Numbered from the stretch's first letter, positions 50,414 to 60,708 are shown. The stretch: 64,000 bases of DNA from Phormidesmis sp. (GCA_965248535.1 CBDFJR010000002.1:800001-864000), one strand, 5' to 3'. Translations and numbers: made by a program. Notes: generated by a model not told the origin, from the sequence alone.

Positions 50414-50487
50414 CTCCTCTATTCCTTAAAGGAGAGATATGATCCGGAAAAACCTGCGAGAATCTTTTTCACCTCTAGAAGAGAGCC

Positions 50488-50817
50488 ATGCACTATCCTC
50501 AAACCCCAGACGGGCGCTACTTTGTGGTCAAGGGGAGACTTTGGCGATGCTCTAACCCTGGGTTAAGTGACGCAGCCCGATCGCGGTTCGTCACCGACCT
50601 AATGAGCGCCCGCCGAGCCGTTAGACAGGCCCTACAAAACAGTGATCAAACCACTCTCAAACAAGCCCGCCTTGAGGTGAATGCTGCCAAAGTCGCGCTT
50701 GGTGAACGAGGTGCCGTCTGGTGGACAGATGGCGCACCCGACTTTAACCGCAAGCTCGTCAAAAATACGCCCTATGCAGATTGGTATGGCACGATCGCGT
50801 CAACGTCTACCCTTTGA
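50488..50817 (+). CDS. Small conserved hypothetical protein (TPDGRY...GRLWR...LGERGxVWW type)
   Basis: ATG with an AGAAGAG RBS; Trp/Arg-rich motifs. Confidence 0.7.
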   Translation: MHYPQTPDGRYFVVKGRLWRCSNPGLSDAARSRFVTDLMSARRAVRQALQNSDQTTLKQARLEVNAAKVALGERGAVWWTDGAPDFNRKLVKNTPYADWYGTIASTSTL

Positions 50818-52302
50818 CTGGGGTTTGGGTTGGGTTCTGCCAATCGAGAATGCCGCGTTATAAACCTGTTCGTTTGCCGCCGCCGACTTAAACAAATCGA
50901 CGATCGGGGTTGGATAATCAACACCTAGTTTCACCCCAAAGCGCTGCTCTTCAACGGGTAAGAGCTTCCAGGGTTCATGCACTTTAGACGCGGGCAGATT
51001 GGCCAGTTCAGGAAGCCAATGCTTTACATAGTCGCCTTGCAGATCGTAGTCTTTGGCTTGCTTAGTGATGTTAAAAAACCGAAACCCACGGGCATCGTTG
51101 CCCACCCCGGCCGTGTAGTTCCAGTTTGCCCAATTGCTGCACACGTCATAGTCAATCAGCCGCGACTCAAACCACTCGGCACCCATTTGCCAATTGATGC
51201 CCAAGTTTTTGGTGAGAAAGCTCGCGACATTTTGCCGTCCGCGATTAGACATAAAGCCTGTGGCTGCCAGTTCTCGCATATTGGCATCGACAAGCGGAAA
51301 CCCGGTTTTGCCGTCGCGCCAGAGATTAAACCGCTCCCAGTCTTCTTTCCAGGGCATCGCGACTCCTTGCAGACCCGATCGTCTAAAAATCTGCGTCCCA
51401 TGTTTGGCACAGATAAACCGAAAATAATCGCGCCACAGCAACTCAAAAATCAGCCAATAAGTCGAGTCATTCTTCACTCGCTGAGACTCATAAGCCTGCA
51501 CTTGCTCGTAGATATAGCGGGGTGACAAACACCCCAACGCCAGCCAGGGTGAAAATTTTGACGAATAATCTGCCCCCAGCATTCCATTGCGGGTTTCTTT
51601 ATAGACTTTTAGATGATCGTGTTGCCAAAAATAATCGTTTAGTCGGGCGATCGCTGCCGTTTCTCCGCCTTTAAACGCCATCACCCCACGGGGATCGCAG
51701 ACGGGAGTTTCTAGCCCAAAATCAGACAGGATAGGCATTTCGCCCACTTCTATATCGGGCAGTGATGGGAGCGTCTGCGGAGCGGGAAACGCCTGATAGA
51801 CAGTGGCATCTTTTTCGACTTCTTTGCGAAACCGAGTAAACAGTTCAGGAATCTCTTGAATCTCAAAGGGCAAATCATCGGGATGGTAGAGAGTGTGACC
51901 CCAAGCGGCGATCGCCGGGATTTTCATCTCTTTTAACGCCTGCTCAAGGGCTGTCTCAACGGCCAACTCTTCTGAGGTGGTTTCGCGATAAAACCGCACG
52001 GTTGTGACTCCCAATTCTTGGGCCAGAGCGGGAATGATTGCTTCGGGCAGCCCGCGCCGCAGGATGAGATCGCTCCCGATCGCTCTCAATGATTGCCGCA
52101 GATCAGCAACGCTCTCTAGCAAAAACTGAGCGCGAAATGCCCCTGTTTTAGGAAACCCATGGGGAGTCTCTCCAAATTGTCTAGGGTCAAAACAATAAAC
52201 CGGAATGACATCGCCTCCGGTCTTCAGCGCTTTGATCAGCGGCTCATGGTCATGCGATCGCAGATCGTTGCGATACCAAACTAAAATCCGTGGCTTAGTC
52301 AC
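50800..52302 (-). CDS. DASH-family cryptochrome
   Basis: Motifs WYRNDLRSHDH, KTGAFRAQFLLESV, YKETRNGMLGADYSSKFSPWL and TGFMSNRGRQNVASFL. Confidence 0.95.
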   Translation of the reverse strand: MTKPRILVWYRNDLRSHDHEPLIKALKTGGDVIPVYCFDPRQFGETPHGFPKTGAFRAQFLLESVADLRQSLRAIGSDLILRRGLPEAIIPALAQELGVTTVRFYRETTSEELAVETALEQALKEMKIPAIAAWGHTLYHPDDLPFEIQEIPELFTRFRKEVEKDATVYQAFPAPQTLPSLPDIEVGEMPILSDFGLETPVCDPRGVMAFKGGETAAIARLNDYFWQHDHLKVYKETRNGMLGADYSSKFSPWLALGCLSPRYIYEQVQAYESQRVKNDSTYWLIFELLWRDYFRFICAKHGTQIFRRSGLQGVAMPWKEDWERFNLWRDGKTGFPLVDANMRELAATGFMSNRGRQNVASFLTKNLGINWQMGAEWFESRLIDYDVCSNWANWNYTAGVGNDARGFRFFNITKQAKDYDLQGDYVKHWLPELANLPASKVHEPWKLLPVEEQRFGVKLGVDYPTPIVDLFKSAAANEQVYNAAFSIGRTQPKPQSKGRR

Positions 52303-52455
52303 AAAAAACTCAAATCAAGACTGTTTAGTGATCTTAGCGTTTATGAAGAAAGGTAACGCGAGAATTCTCACCAAATAAAGCTCAAAGCGCACGATCGAGA
52401 CGTAAGCCAACCTCAGCAGCAAATTAAGTGAGCTACGAATATTCTTGCTTGAGAA

Positions 52456-52482
52456 TTAGCATTCACGCTCCGACAGAGACAT
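52456..52482 (-). pseudogene. Possible remnant N-terminus (MSLSEREC*) of a HEPN/DUF86 partner gene
   Basis: The ATG overlaps the MNT 3' end, as in MNT-HEPN pairs, and the frame stops after 8 codons. Confidence 0.35.
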
Positions 52483-52786
52483 ACTCGACCTCATCTAAAA
52501 TATGGGAGCCAATGTAGGGGCTTAATGACTCGATAGTAATGAGATCGACTGCCCTGCCAAACAGATCTTCTAGAAAAAAAGATAGGTGTATAAAATTGTC
52601 GAAGGTTTTCTGATCTGGCTCAAAAGCAACCAAAATATCGACATCGCTGCGATCGTGAATCTCACTATCTCGCACAAACGAACCAAAAACACCGCAACGA
52701 CTCACCCCAAAACGGTGCAGATCCTGTTGATAGTCTTGAAGGAGAGACAGGACTTTAGCCTTCGTTTGTACAGGCATTATCGACAT
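52463..52786 (-). CDS. MNT minimal nucleotidyltransferase (antitoxin of MNT-HEPN modules)
   Basis: GVFGSFVRD...SDVDILV...LEDLFGRAVDLI. Confidence 0.9.
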   Translation of the reverse strand: MSIMPVQTKAKVLSLLQDYQQDLHRFGVSRCGVFGSFVRDSEIHDRSDVDILVAFEPDQKTFDNFIHLSFFLEDLFGRAVDLITIESLSPYIGSHILDEVEYVSVGA

Positions 52787-52863
52787 GGGCTAATTACCTA
52801 ATGCTGAGTCTATCACAGCCTCTCAGATAGCCTAAAGCAGTGTCTCGATCGAGACTTGAAGCC

Positions 52864-52948
52864 AGCCAACGGCTGAAGTGAGCGGCGGAAAAAAAACTAG
52901 AACGAAGCGCGAAAACTCTGTACCGTCTGATCCACTGCGTTGTTAGCC
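52864..52948 (-). mobile_element. attC-like integron cassette recombination site
   Basis: Minus strand reads GGCTAAC...GTTGGCT (R''/R'-like) over 85 bp, with an internal imperfect dyad (AGTGGATCAGACGG / CCGCCGCTCACT). It lies about 35 bp after a stop codon. Confidence 0.55.
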
Positions 52949-52984
52949 TGCTCTGCGTCACGTCAGGTTAGCATTTACAACTCA

Positions 52985-53344
52985 TCAATCAATTGTCACT
53001 AATCCGCCTTCTGTGAACTGAATGACAAGTTCTTGTTCATCTAGCAAAACAGTTCCAAGTAAGGGTCGCCTTCCTGTCGCAATGACTAGGACTTCTCGCT
53101 CTTCACCATCCCAAAGGACAACTGCCTCATGAACTGGCAGCAAGACTTCACTGTTGTCTGCCAAATTCGCAGGAGTGTCATGTCTGAAGGTCAAGCCCAT
53201 CAATGAAACCGCTTCTAGAGGAAGGCACAATTCCCCGGTGAAGCCTGTATCGATGACAAACTCGATCGGGATGCTTGAGCCATTCGACAACAAGAATGTC
53301 ATCACAACAGTTGCGTGTCTATCCGTCACAATCCCAGAAATCAC
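52985..53344 (-). CDS. Clan AA (retroviral-like) aspartic protease, AF_0612-like
   Basis: Motifs FVIDTGFTGELCLP, LADNS and PLLGTVLL. Confidence 0.88.
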   Translation of the reverse strand: MISGIVTDRHATVVMTFLLSNGSSIPIEFVIDTGFTGELCLPLEAVSLMGLTFRHDTPANLADNSEVLLPVHEAVVLWDGEEREVLVIATGRRPLLGTVLLDEQELVIQFTEGGLVTID

Positions 53345-53613
53345 TTATGAACCCGCTCCATGACACCACCAAATGAGACAGCAACGTTATACCCGATCCG
53401 AATACCAAAGAGTCGAGCGTTTGGGTGCTTCTTGCTGAGGTTACGTGATGCTTGCAGTCCAGTTTTATCGACTTCATAATCGCCTGTCTCAATGTCGATG
53501 ATGACCATCTTGCCAATGTTCGCTTCCGTCTCCACTTTTTGACGAATGCTGCCTTCGTACAATTGCCTTGCACGTCGCGCAACTTCTTCACGGCTTAGAA
53601 GGATTACCTGCAT
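53341..53613 (-). CDS. Small protein translationally coupled to the aspartic protease
   Basis: EVARRARQLYE...GKMVIIDIETGDYEVD...RIGY. Its stop overlaps the protease GTG start by 4 bp. Confidence 0.8.
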   Translation of the reverse strand: MQVILLSREEVARRARQLYEGSIRQKVETEANIGKMVIIDIETGDYEVDKTGLQASRNLSKKHPNARLFGIRIGYNVAVSFGGVMERVHK

Positions 53614-53817
53614 ATATTGACTCCCGATCGCTATGCTTCTCTGCGAACTCCTCCATGATAGCGTATGGGCAAATAGGATAAGCCCTGCCAGCGATACCTA
53701 CTCTGTCTTCTACACAAAAAGCATGTTGCAGGCATCGTCACCTCAAAGATTGAGTTCAACAACAAAACCCAACATCCATTTCAGTATGGCAATCCAAACA
53801 GAGGATTTGGGCCTATG

Positions 53818-55036
53818 TTAGAGGGGTTTTGTCCCTTCATAGACTCTGCCTTTCCAAGCGCCACCTTTGCCTTCCAGTGGCGACGGGCGGAGTCAAGAGT
53901 CATTAACGTGTAGAGAAACGCGATCGCGGGCCAACCCGTCAACCACATCGGGCAACTAAAAACGCACGATCGGGGCATACGCCAAGCTCATCAGCACATA
54001 GATCAAGACATTAACGTGTAGAGAAACGCGATCATCGGGCAACGATAAAAACGCACGATGGAACCGCGATCGTCCATTGTCCTGTGAACAATCCTAAAAT
54101 GGCTCCGATCGGGGGAAGCAGATAGATAAGACTCATTCCAAACATCGTTCCGATCAGCAATAGCGGCGAGTAATTTAGTTGAGTAAATGCCGTTCGCGCT
54201 ACCATTGTCCAAATCGTTTCTAAAGAGTCGTAGGGGCGTAGGCTGCGTGTTAACTCTGCCAATCCTAGCCAGATTCGTTTAGATCCGCTTGATTTGATCG
54301 CGTCTGCTAACGCGCAATCGTCAATTAATGCCTGACGAATTGCCTGAATGCCGCCAATCCGAGTCAGGGCCTCTCGCCGAATTAGACTACATCCACCTGC
54401 TGCGCCCGCGATCGTGTTCTCCGGATCATTCACCCAGCGAAACGGATAAAGCTTTTCAAAAAAGAAGACAAATGCGGGAATCAGCAGTTTTTCCCAGACG
54501 CTTTGACAGCGTAACCGCACCATTAACGAAACGAGTTCGCGATCGTCTTCAACGGCTTTAGCAATTAGTTGAGAAAGATTGGCGCGATCGTGTTCGATAT
54601 CCGCGTCCGTTAATAAAAAATAGTCGGGTTCTAGCGTCATCGCTTTTTGAATTCCTTGATCAAGGGCCCAAAGTTTTCCCGTCCATCCAACAGGCAACGG
54701 TGCCGCCGAGAGAATGTGTAGCTGATCAGCTTTACCTAAGGTCGCAGCCGTTTCTCTAGCAATCTCAGCCGTTCCGTCGGTGCTGTGGTCATCGACTAAA
54801 AAGAGATTAATCGCACCGAGATAATCTTGAGTGAGCAGCGATCGCAGCGTCACAGCCAACAGATCCGCTTCGTTGCGGGCGGGAATAATCACGCAGACAG
54901 ACGGAAGCTTAGAGTCAGCAGTCAGAGTTTTGGCAGGCAAACGCTGATCGGTGCGCCAAAATTGACCCCGAAAGCAGACTAAATAAATCCAAATCGCCAG
55001 GGAAAGGAGCGCCAGTCCTGCAAAAATCTCACTCAT
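53818..55036 (-). pseudogene. hpnB: Hopanoid-associated family 2 glycosyltransferase; 3' end scrambled or frameshifted as written
   Basis: Motifs IPARNEAD, VDDHSTDGT, GWTGKLWAL, LTDADI, LIDDCALA and W.MVARTAFTQL; divergent from shc. The C-terminal FLYTLMTLDSARRHW..GGAWKGRVY is recoverable only across frames, down to a stop at 53818. Confidence 0.8.
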
Positions 55037-55128
55037 TAGGGTTGTCGAAGGTTGGTTGCTAGCTTGCAAATTCCTGATTGTAGAACGCAAAATACAAAGA
55101 CTGTGGTTTTTTGAGTGAACGGGTCAGG

Positions 55129-57105
55129 ATGCAAGAACAAAATCGGGTGACAACTTCTCAACTGGATGCGGCGATCGCTGCCAGTCAAGATTATCTACTT
55201 TCCACTCAAAACCCTGATGGCTATTGGTGGGCAGAGCTTGAGTCTAATGTGACGATGACCGCAGAAGTCGTCTTGCTGCACAAGATTTGGGGCACCGACA
55301 AAACTCGCCCAATGGACAAAGCTGAGAAATTCTTACGATCGCAGCAGCGTGATCACGGCGGCTGGGAACTGTTCTACGGCGATGGTGGCGAACTGAGCGT
55401 CACCGTTGAAACTTACATGGCGCTCAAACTGCTGGGAGTGGCGATCGACGATCCGGCGATGATCAACGCGAGAACCTTTATTCTGGCGCGGGGCGGCGTG
55501 GCTAAAACTCGCGTGTTCACCAAGTTTCATCTGGCGTTGATTGGCTGTTATCCGTGGAGTGGGCTGCCGTCGATTCCGCCGGGGCTGATGTTGTTGCCGT
55601 CGTTGAAGCTGGAGATTCCCAACCCGTTTGGGTCTGAGCCGTTGTTCTCAGCTTCGACCTTTAGCATCTATGAGTTGTCTAGCTGGGCACGCGGCAGCAC
55701 CGTTCCGTTGATGATTGTGTTCGATCGCAAGCCCGTTTTTCTCGTCGATCGTCCGATCACCCTTAACGAACTCTATGCAGACGGGATGACAAACACTAGC
55801 TTTGATCTGCCGCGCAAATCAGACTGGACAGATTTATTTGTGGATTTAGATAAAGTCTTTAAACTGGCTGAAAACTGGAACCTGATGCCCTTCCGAGAAG
55901 CAGGACTCAACGCCGCAGAGCAATGGATTCTCGAACGGCAAGAAGCGTCTGGCGACTGGGGAGGAATCATTCCGGCTATGTTGAATTCTCTATTAGCGCT
56001 GCGTTGTTTAGATTATGATCCGGCTGATCCGATCGTTGAGCGAGGGTTGAAAGCTGTCGATCGCTTTTCCAATCAGACCGACGATCTATTTAGCATTCAG
56101 CCCTGTGTTTCACCTGTTTGGGACACGGCATTGGTGATGCGATCGCTGGTCGATTCTGGCATGGCTCCCAACCATCCGGCTCTCGTGCGCGGCGGCGAGT
56201 GGCTGCTCGACAAACAAATTCTAGACTATGGCGATTGGGCCGTCAAAAATCACCACGGCAAACCGGGGGCCTGGGCGTTTGAGTTTGAAAATCGCTTCTA
56301 TCCTGACGTGGATGATTCTGCGGTGGTGGTGATGGCGTTGGCGGCAGTGGAGCTGCCCAACGATCGGTTAAAAGATCGGGCGATCGCCCGCGCTGTTGAC
56401 TGGATCGTCACCATGCAGTGCAAACCCGGAGGCTGGGCCGCCTTTGATTTAGACAACGATCAAGATTGGCTCAATGCTCATCCCTATGGCGATCTCAAAG
56501 CCATGATCGATCCCAACACAGCCGATGTGACGGCGCGAGTGCTAGAGATGCTCGGACGGTTGTCTGGCTCTTCGATGGATGGGCATCGCCTCGATCGGGC
56601 CCTCACCTACTTAACGCGAGAACAAGAAATCGACGGCTCTTGGTTCGGACGGTGGGGCGTGAACTATATCTATGGCACCAGCGGCGTTTTGGCGGCTCTT
56701 TCGCTAATCGCTCCGGTCACCCAGCGATCGGGCATTGAGCGCGGGGCAACTTGGCTCGTTAAAGTTCAAAACCCCGATGGCGGCTGGGGTGAAACCTGTG
56801 CCAGCTATCAAGATTCTTCACTCAAAGGTCAAGGAACCAGCACAGCTTCTCAAACCGCTTGGGCCTTGATCGGGCTGCTTGCTGCCGGAGACGCGACCCG
56901 TCAGTTTGCGTGGGCTGCGATCGACCACGGCATCGCCTACCTGCTCACGACTCAACAAAAAGACGGCACCTGGAACGAAGACCACTTCACAGGCACAGGC
57001 TTTCCGGGTCACTTCTATTTGAAGTATCACCTTTATCAACAGCACTTTCCTCTCACTGCGCTGGGGCGATATCGAGCCGCACAGCAAAGTCGCCTAGAAT
57101 CTTAG
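55129..57105 (+). CDS. shc: Squalene-hopene cyclase
   Basis: Catalytic DVDDSA, QW repeats (QNPDGYW, QNPDGGWGE), SPVWDT and GTGFPGHFYL. Confidence 0.96.
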   Translation: MQEQNRVTTSQLDAAIAASQDYLLSTQNPDGYWWAELESNVTMTAEVVLLHKIWGTDKTRPMDKAEKFLRSQQRDHGGWELFYGDGGELSVTVETYMALKLLGVAIDDPAMINARTFILARGGVAKTRVFTKFHLALIGCYPWSGLPSIPPGLMLLPSLKLEIPNPFGSEPLFSASTFSIYELSSWARGSTVPLMIVFDRKPVFLVDRPITLNELYADGMTNTSFDLPRKSDWTDLFVDLDKVFKLAENWNLMPFREAGLNAAEQWILERQEASGDWGGIIPAMLNSLLALRCLDYDPADPIVERGLKAVDRFSNQTDDLFSIQPCVSPVWDTALVMRSLVDSGMAPNHPALVRGGEWLLDKQILDYGDWAVKNHHGKPGAWAFEFENRFYPDVDDSAVVVMALAAVELPNDRLKDRAIARAVDWIVTMQCKPGGWAAFDLDNDQDWLNAHPYGDLKAMIDPNTADVTARVLEMLGRLSGSSMDGHRLDRALTYLTREQEIDGSWFGRWGVNYIYGTSGVLAALSLIAPVTQRSGIERGATWLVKVQNPDGGWGETCASYQDSSLKGQGTSTASQTAWALIGLLAAGDATRQFAWAAIDHGIAYLLTTQQKDGTWNEDHFTGTGFPGHFYLKYHLYQQHFPLTALGRYRAAQQSRLES

Positions 57106-57606
57106 CCCGACTCCGCCTTGTAGGGATGCCGCCGCGCCACCCTGCTTATAGGCCCCAAACGAGATAATCGCATTGCCAAACAGCACCACATTGCTATTGG
57201 GCAGCGCATAGTCAATGCCGGGTTGAATGGCAAAACTCGTTTTGTTGCCCACCGGGGTGTCGCCCCCAAGCGGGATCGATGCCCCCGCGCCAATATAGAC
57301 ATCGGTCTGCCAATTGATGGGAATGTCGTAAGAAACCGTCGGCACGATCGCCACATGGCTGCCAATCAAAGCCTGCGCCCTGACCGAAATCGGAGCCGTC
57401 AAAAACTTATAGCGACCAGAAACCACCCCCGAAATCTGGCGATCGTCATTGGCTCCACGAGTCACGCCAAACGAAGGGCCAATGCCCACATAGCTACCAT
57501 AAGCGGCTTGAGCAGAAGCCGGAGCTTGAACGCCAAAGACAAGACTGATGGCCGCAGCGCTGACAGCGGCCCCGATCGGCAAAAACGCAGGATTCAATTG
57601 TTTCAT
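57094..57606 (-). CDS. Exported small beta-barrel-like outer-membrane protein
   Basis: Signal peptide, QAAYGSYVGIG, alternating beta-strands and terminal GLRF. Confidence 0.65.
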   Translation of the reverse strand: MKQLNPAFLPIGAAVSAAAISLVFGVQAPASAQAAYGSYVGIGPSFGVTRGANDDRQISGVVSGRYKFLTAPISVRAQALIGSHVAIVPTVSYDIPINWQTDVYIGAGASIPLGGDTPVGNKTSFAIQPGIDYALPNSNVVLFGNAIISFGAYKQGGAAASLQGGVGLRF

Positions 57607-57832
57607 TAGACGACTCCTCAGTGACCAGACGGCAAAATGATGGCAAGCGATCCTTCAACTGTACGATCGTTGACTCGATCGAATCAATTCATCAATACCC
57701 AAAATCGCTATTTCATGATACTCAACAACGTGAGATGCAAGACATTTGCCCCCGATAAACCCTGAGAAACGGAGGCGCAGGGCGGTAGACTTTGGAGAGT
57801 GAATCAGTCTAACGTCTCTCGGTTGAAAAACT

Positions 57833-58750
57833 GTGCAGCTAAATCAAGTCATTATTATTCATAAGTCGGGTGACCCGCTCAGTCGGCGATGGGCAGAAAA
57901 CTGTGCCCAAGCGTTAGAAAAGCGCCACTGTCGAGTGCTGTTAGGGCCGAGCGGCCCCAGTGACAACCCCTATCCCGTGTTTTTGGCTTCGGTGCAGCAG
58001 CCGATCGACCTGGCGATCGTGCTCGGTGGCGATGGCACTGCCCTGACCGCCGCTCGAAATTTGGCAGCAGACAAAATCCCCATTCTCGCGGTCAACGTCG
58101 GGGGACACTTGGGGTTTCTCACCGAGTCGTCTGAAGATTTCAACACCGAAACCGTGTGGGATCGGCTGTTAGAAGACCGATTTGCCGTGCAGCGCCGCAT
58201 GATGCTGCAAGCCAGCATTCTTGAAGGCGGTCGATCTAATTTGGAGCCAGTCAGCGATCGCTATCTGGCGTTAAATGAAATGTGCATCAAACCCGCCTCT
58301 GCCGATCGCATGATCACTTCAATTTTAGAAATGGAAATCGATGGAGAAGTGGTCGATCAATATCAGGGTGACGGGTTAATTGTGGCGACTCCCACCGGGT
58401 CAACTTGCTACACCGTGGCAGCAAACGGCCCGATTATTCACCCCGGCATGGATGCGATCGCCGTGACTCCCATTTGTCCCTTAAGTTTGTCGAGTCGCCC
58501 GATTGTGTTGCCCTCTGGCTCGGTGGTGAGCATTTGGCCGCTGGTCGATCGCGACATCACAACCAAACTGTGGATGGATGGCGTGTTAGCAACGTCGATC
58601 TGGCCCGGTCAGCGCGTTGACATTCGCATGGCAGACTGTGATGCTCACTTCATTATTCTCAGAGACGATTATTCTTATTACCAAACGCTGAGAGAAAAGC
58701 TGCAATGGGCAGGCGCACGGATTCACTACAGCAATAATCACCGTAACTAA
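57833..58750 (+). CDS. nadK: NAD(+) kinase
   Basis: Motifs LGGDGT, GHLGFL, ALNE and GDGLIVATPTGST. Confidence 0.95.
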   Translation: MQLNQVIIIHKSGDPLSRRWAENCAQALEKRHCRVLLGPSGPSDNPYPVFLASVQQPIDLAIVLGGDGTALTAARNLAADKIPILAVNVGGHLGFLTESSEDFNTETVWDRLLEDRFAVQRRMMLQASILEGGRSNLEPVSDRYLALNEMCIKPASADRMITSILEMEIDGEVVDQYQGDGLIVATPTGSTCYTVAANGPIIHPGMDAIAVTPICPLSLSSRPIVLPSGSVVSIWPLVDRDITTKLWMDGVLATSIWPGQRVDIRMADCDAHFIILRDDYSYYQTLREKLQWAGARIHYSNNHRN

Positions 58751-59083
58751 CCGACTGTAGATTTAGAGAACTCGAACCCGTCTATCCCGTCAGGGCAGAG
58801 CATTGCCGCATCGATTGTCTGTGCAAATCACCGATCGGGTTAGATCGCCGATCGCACCTCTTAACGACTAAAACCCCAAACCTGTCTGTGACCCGCTAGA
58901 CCATCTGGAAACTGAAATCAAAAAACTTTCATCATTCCATCAGGCATGATGCGTGAATCTACTAGAATGACTAACTGGGGAATCACTCGAAAGGATGAAC
59001 TACGAAAGATGAATCAGACGTTCTGCATTCCGAGTTCGTTGTTTCCTGGACTCCTCTCTGCCCCTATCATCCACTGAGTTTTT

Positions 59084-60664
59084 ATGCCCAAGGTTCTTGT
59101 TTCCGATCCCATTGATCAGGTAGGGATTGATATTTTGTCCCAAGTCGCTCAGGTTGATGTCAAAACTGACTTAACCCGTGAGCAACTGGTCGAAATTATC
59201 TCTGAGTATGACGCATTGATGATTCGCTCTGGAACTCGTGTCACTCAAGAAGTGATCGAGGCAGGAACTCAACTCAAAATTATCGGGCGCGCCGGAGTCG
59301 GAGTCGATAACGTAGATGTGACAGCCGCCACGCGCAAAGGCATTGTGGTCGTTAACTCGCCAGAAGGCAATACGATCGCCGCTGCCGAACACACGATCGC
59401 CATGATGATGGCCCTGTCGCGCTACATTCCCGATGCCAATCAATCGGTGAAAGGCAATAAGTGGGATCGCAAGAGCTTTACAGGCGTTGAGGTTTATAAA
59501 AAAACCCTGGGTGTCGTGGGCTTGGGCAAAATTGGGACTCACGTCGCTACCGTCGCCAAAGCCATGGGCATGAAGCTGCTGGCGTTTGACCCGTTTATTT
59601 CTCACGAACGCGCCGAGCAGATCGGCTGTCGGCTGGTGGAATTGGATGTGTTGTTCCAGCAGGCAGACTACATCACCCTACACATTCCTAAAACGGCAGA
59701 AACGACTCATTTAATCGGGGCAGCGGCGATCGCTAAGATGAAGCCCACCGCCCGGATCATTAACTGTGCGCGAGGCGGCATTATTGACGAAGCCGCTCTA
59801 GCAGAGGCGCTAAAAGCAGGCAAGATTGCCGGAGCCGCGATCGACGTGTTTGAATCTGAGCCATTGGGTGAGTCTGATCTGAGAGCCTTGGGCAAAGAAA
59901 TTGTCCTCACTCCCCACTTAGGAGCCTCCACCGAAGAAGCTCAGGCTAATGTCGCGATCGACGTTGCCGAACAAATTCGTGATGTGCTGTTGGGGTTGCC
60001 GGCCCGATCGGCGGTCAACATCCCTGGTTTGCGCCCCGATTTACTGGAGCAACTCAAGCCCTATCTGCAACTGGCAGAAACCCTCGGCAACTTAGTCGGG
60101 CAACTGGCTGGCGGCCGCATCGAATCTTTAAACATCGGGCTGCGCGGAGAATTAGCCACCAATCAAAGTCAACCGATCGTGGTTGCTGCGCTCAAAGGTC
60201 TGCTGTCTCATGCCCTGCAAGAGCGGGTGAACTATGTCAACGCCAGCATTGAGGCTAAAGAGCGCGGCATTCGGGTGATTGAGACCCGCGACCCATCGAT
60301 CAAAGACTACACTGGGTCTCTGCACCTGTCGGCAAAAGGGGCTTTGGGCGAACACTCTGTCACGGGGGCGCTGCTGGGCGATAACGAGATTCGGGTCACC
60401 AGCGTTGATGATTTTCCGGTCAACGTGCCGCCTAATCGTCATATGCTGTTCACCTTGCACCGCGACATGCCAGGGATCATCGGCAGAATTGGCTCTCTGC
60501 TGGGCAACTTTAATGTCAACATCGCCAGTATGCAAGTCGGTCGCAAAATTGTGCGGGGCGATGCGGTGATGGTGTTGAGCATTGATGACCCGCTTCCTGA
60601 AGACATCTTAAATGAGATCAAGAAAGTGCCAGGCATTCGAGACGCTTACACTGTCACGCTTTAG
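59084..60664 (+). CDS. serA: D-3-phosphoglycerate dehydrogenase
   Basis: Motifs [23 protein letters not shown] and TPHLGAST; C-terminal ACT domain. Confidence 0.97.
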   Translation: MPKVLVSDPIDQVGIDILSQVAQVDVKTDLTREQLVEIISEYDALMIRSGTRVTQEVIEAGTQLKIIGRAGVGVDNVDVTAATRKGIVVVNSPEGNTIAAAEHTIAMMMALSRYIPDANQSVKGNKWDRKSFTGVEVYKKTLGVVGLGKIGTHVATVAKAMGMKLLAFDPFISHERAEQIGCRLVELDVLFQQADYITLHIPKTAETTHLIGAAAIAKMKPTARIINCARGGIIDEAALAEALKAGKIAGAAIDVFESEPLGESDLRALGKEIVLTPHLGASTEEAQANVAIDVAEQIRDVLLGLPARSAVNIPGLRPDLLEQLKPYLQLAETLGNLVGQLAGGRIESLNIGLRGELATNQSQPIVVAALKGLLSHALQERVNYVNASIEAKERGIRVIETRDPSIKDYTGSLHLSAKGALGEHSVTGALLGDNEIRVTSVDDFPVNVPPNRHMLFTLHRDMPGIIGRIGSLLGNFNVNIASMQVGRKIVRGDAVMVLSIDDPLPEDILNEIKKVPGIRDAYTVTL

Positions 60665-60680
60665 GAAGGGTAGAGGGTGA

Positions 60681-60708
60681 TTCACCCTTCACCTTTCACC
60701 CTTCACCC
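60681..60708 (+). repeat. Heptamer tandem repeat (TTCACCY)x4, STRR-like
   Basis: ttcaccc ttcacct ttcaccc ttcaccc between serA and prmA. Confidence 0.6.

Noticed and set aside
50224..50442. 72-aa ORF over the repeat array
   Set aside because: It is a by-product of the repeats, antisense to the sRNA units, with no protein features.
50035..50448. CRISPR array interpretation of the tandem repeats
   Set aside because: The intervening sequences are near-identical rather than unique spacers, the period is 154-174 bp, and no cas genes are present. An sRNA array fits better.
53633..54212. Short ORFs 53633-53821, 53781-53978 and 54003-54212
   Set aside because: The last two are out-of-frame fragments of the hpnB C-terminus. 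The first has no coding features.
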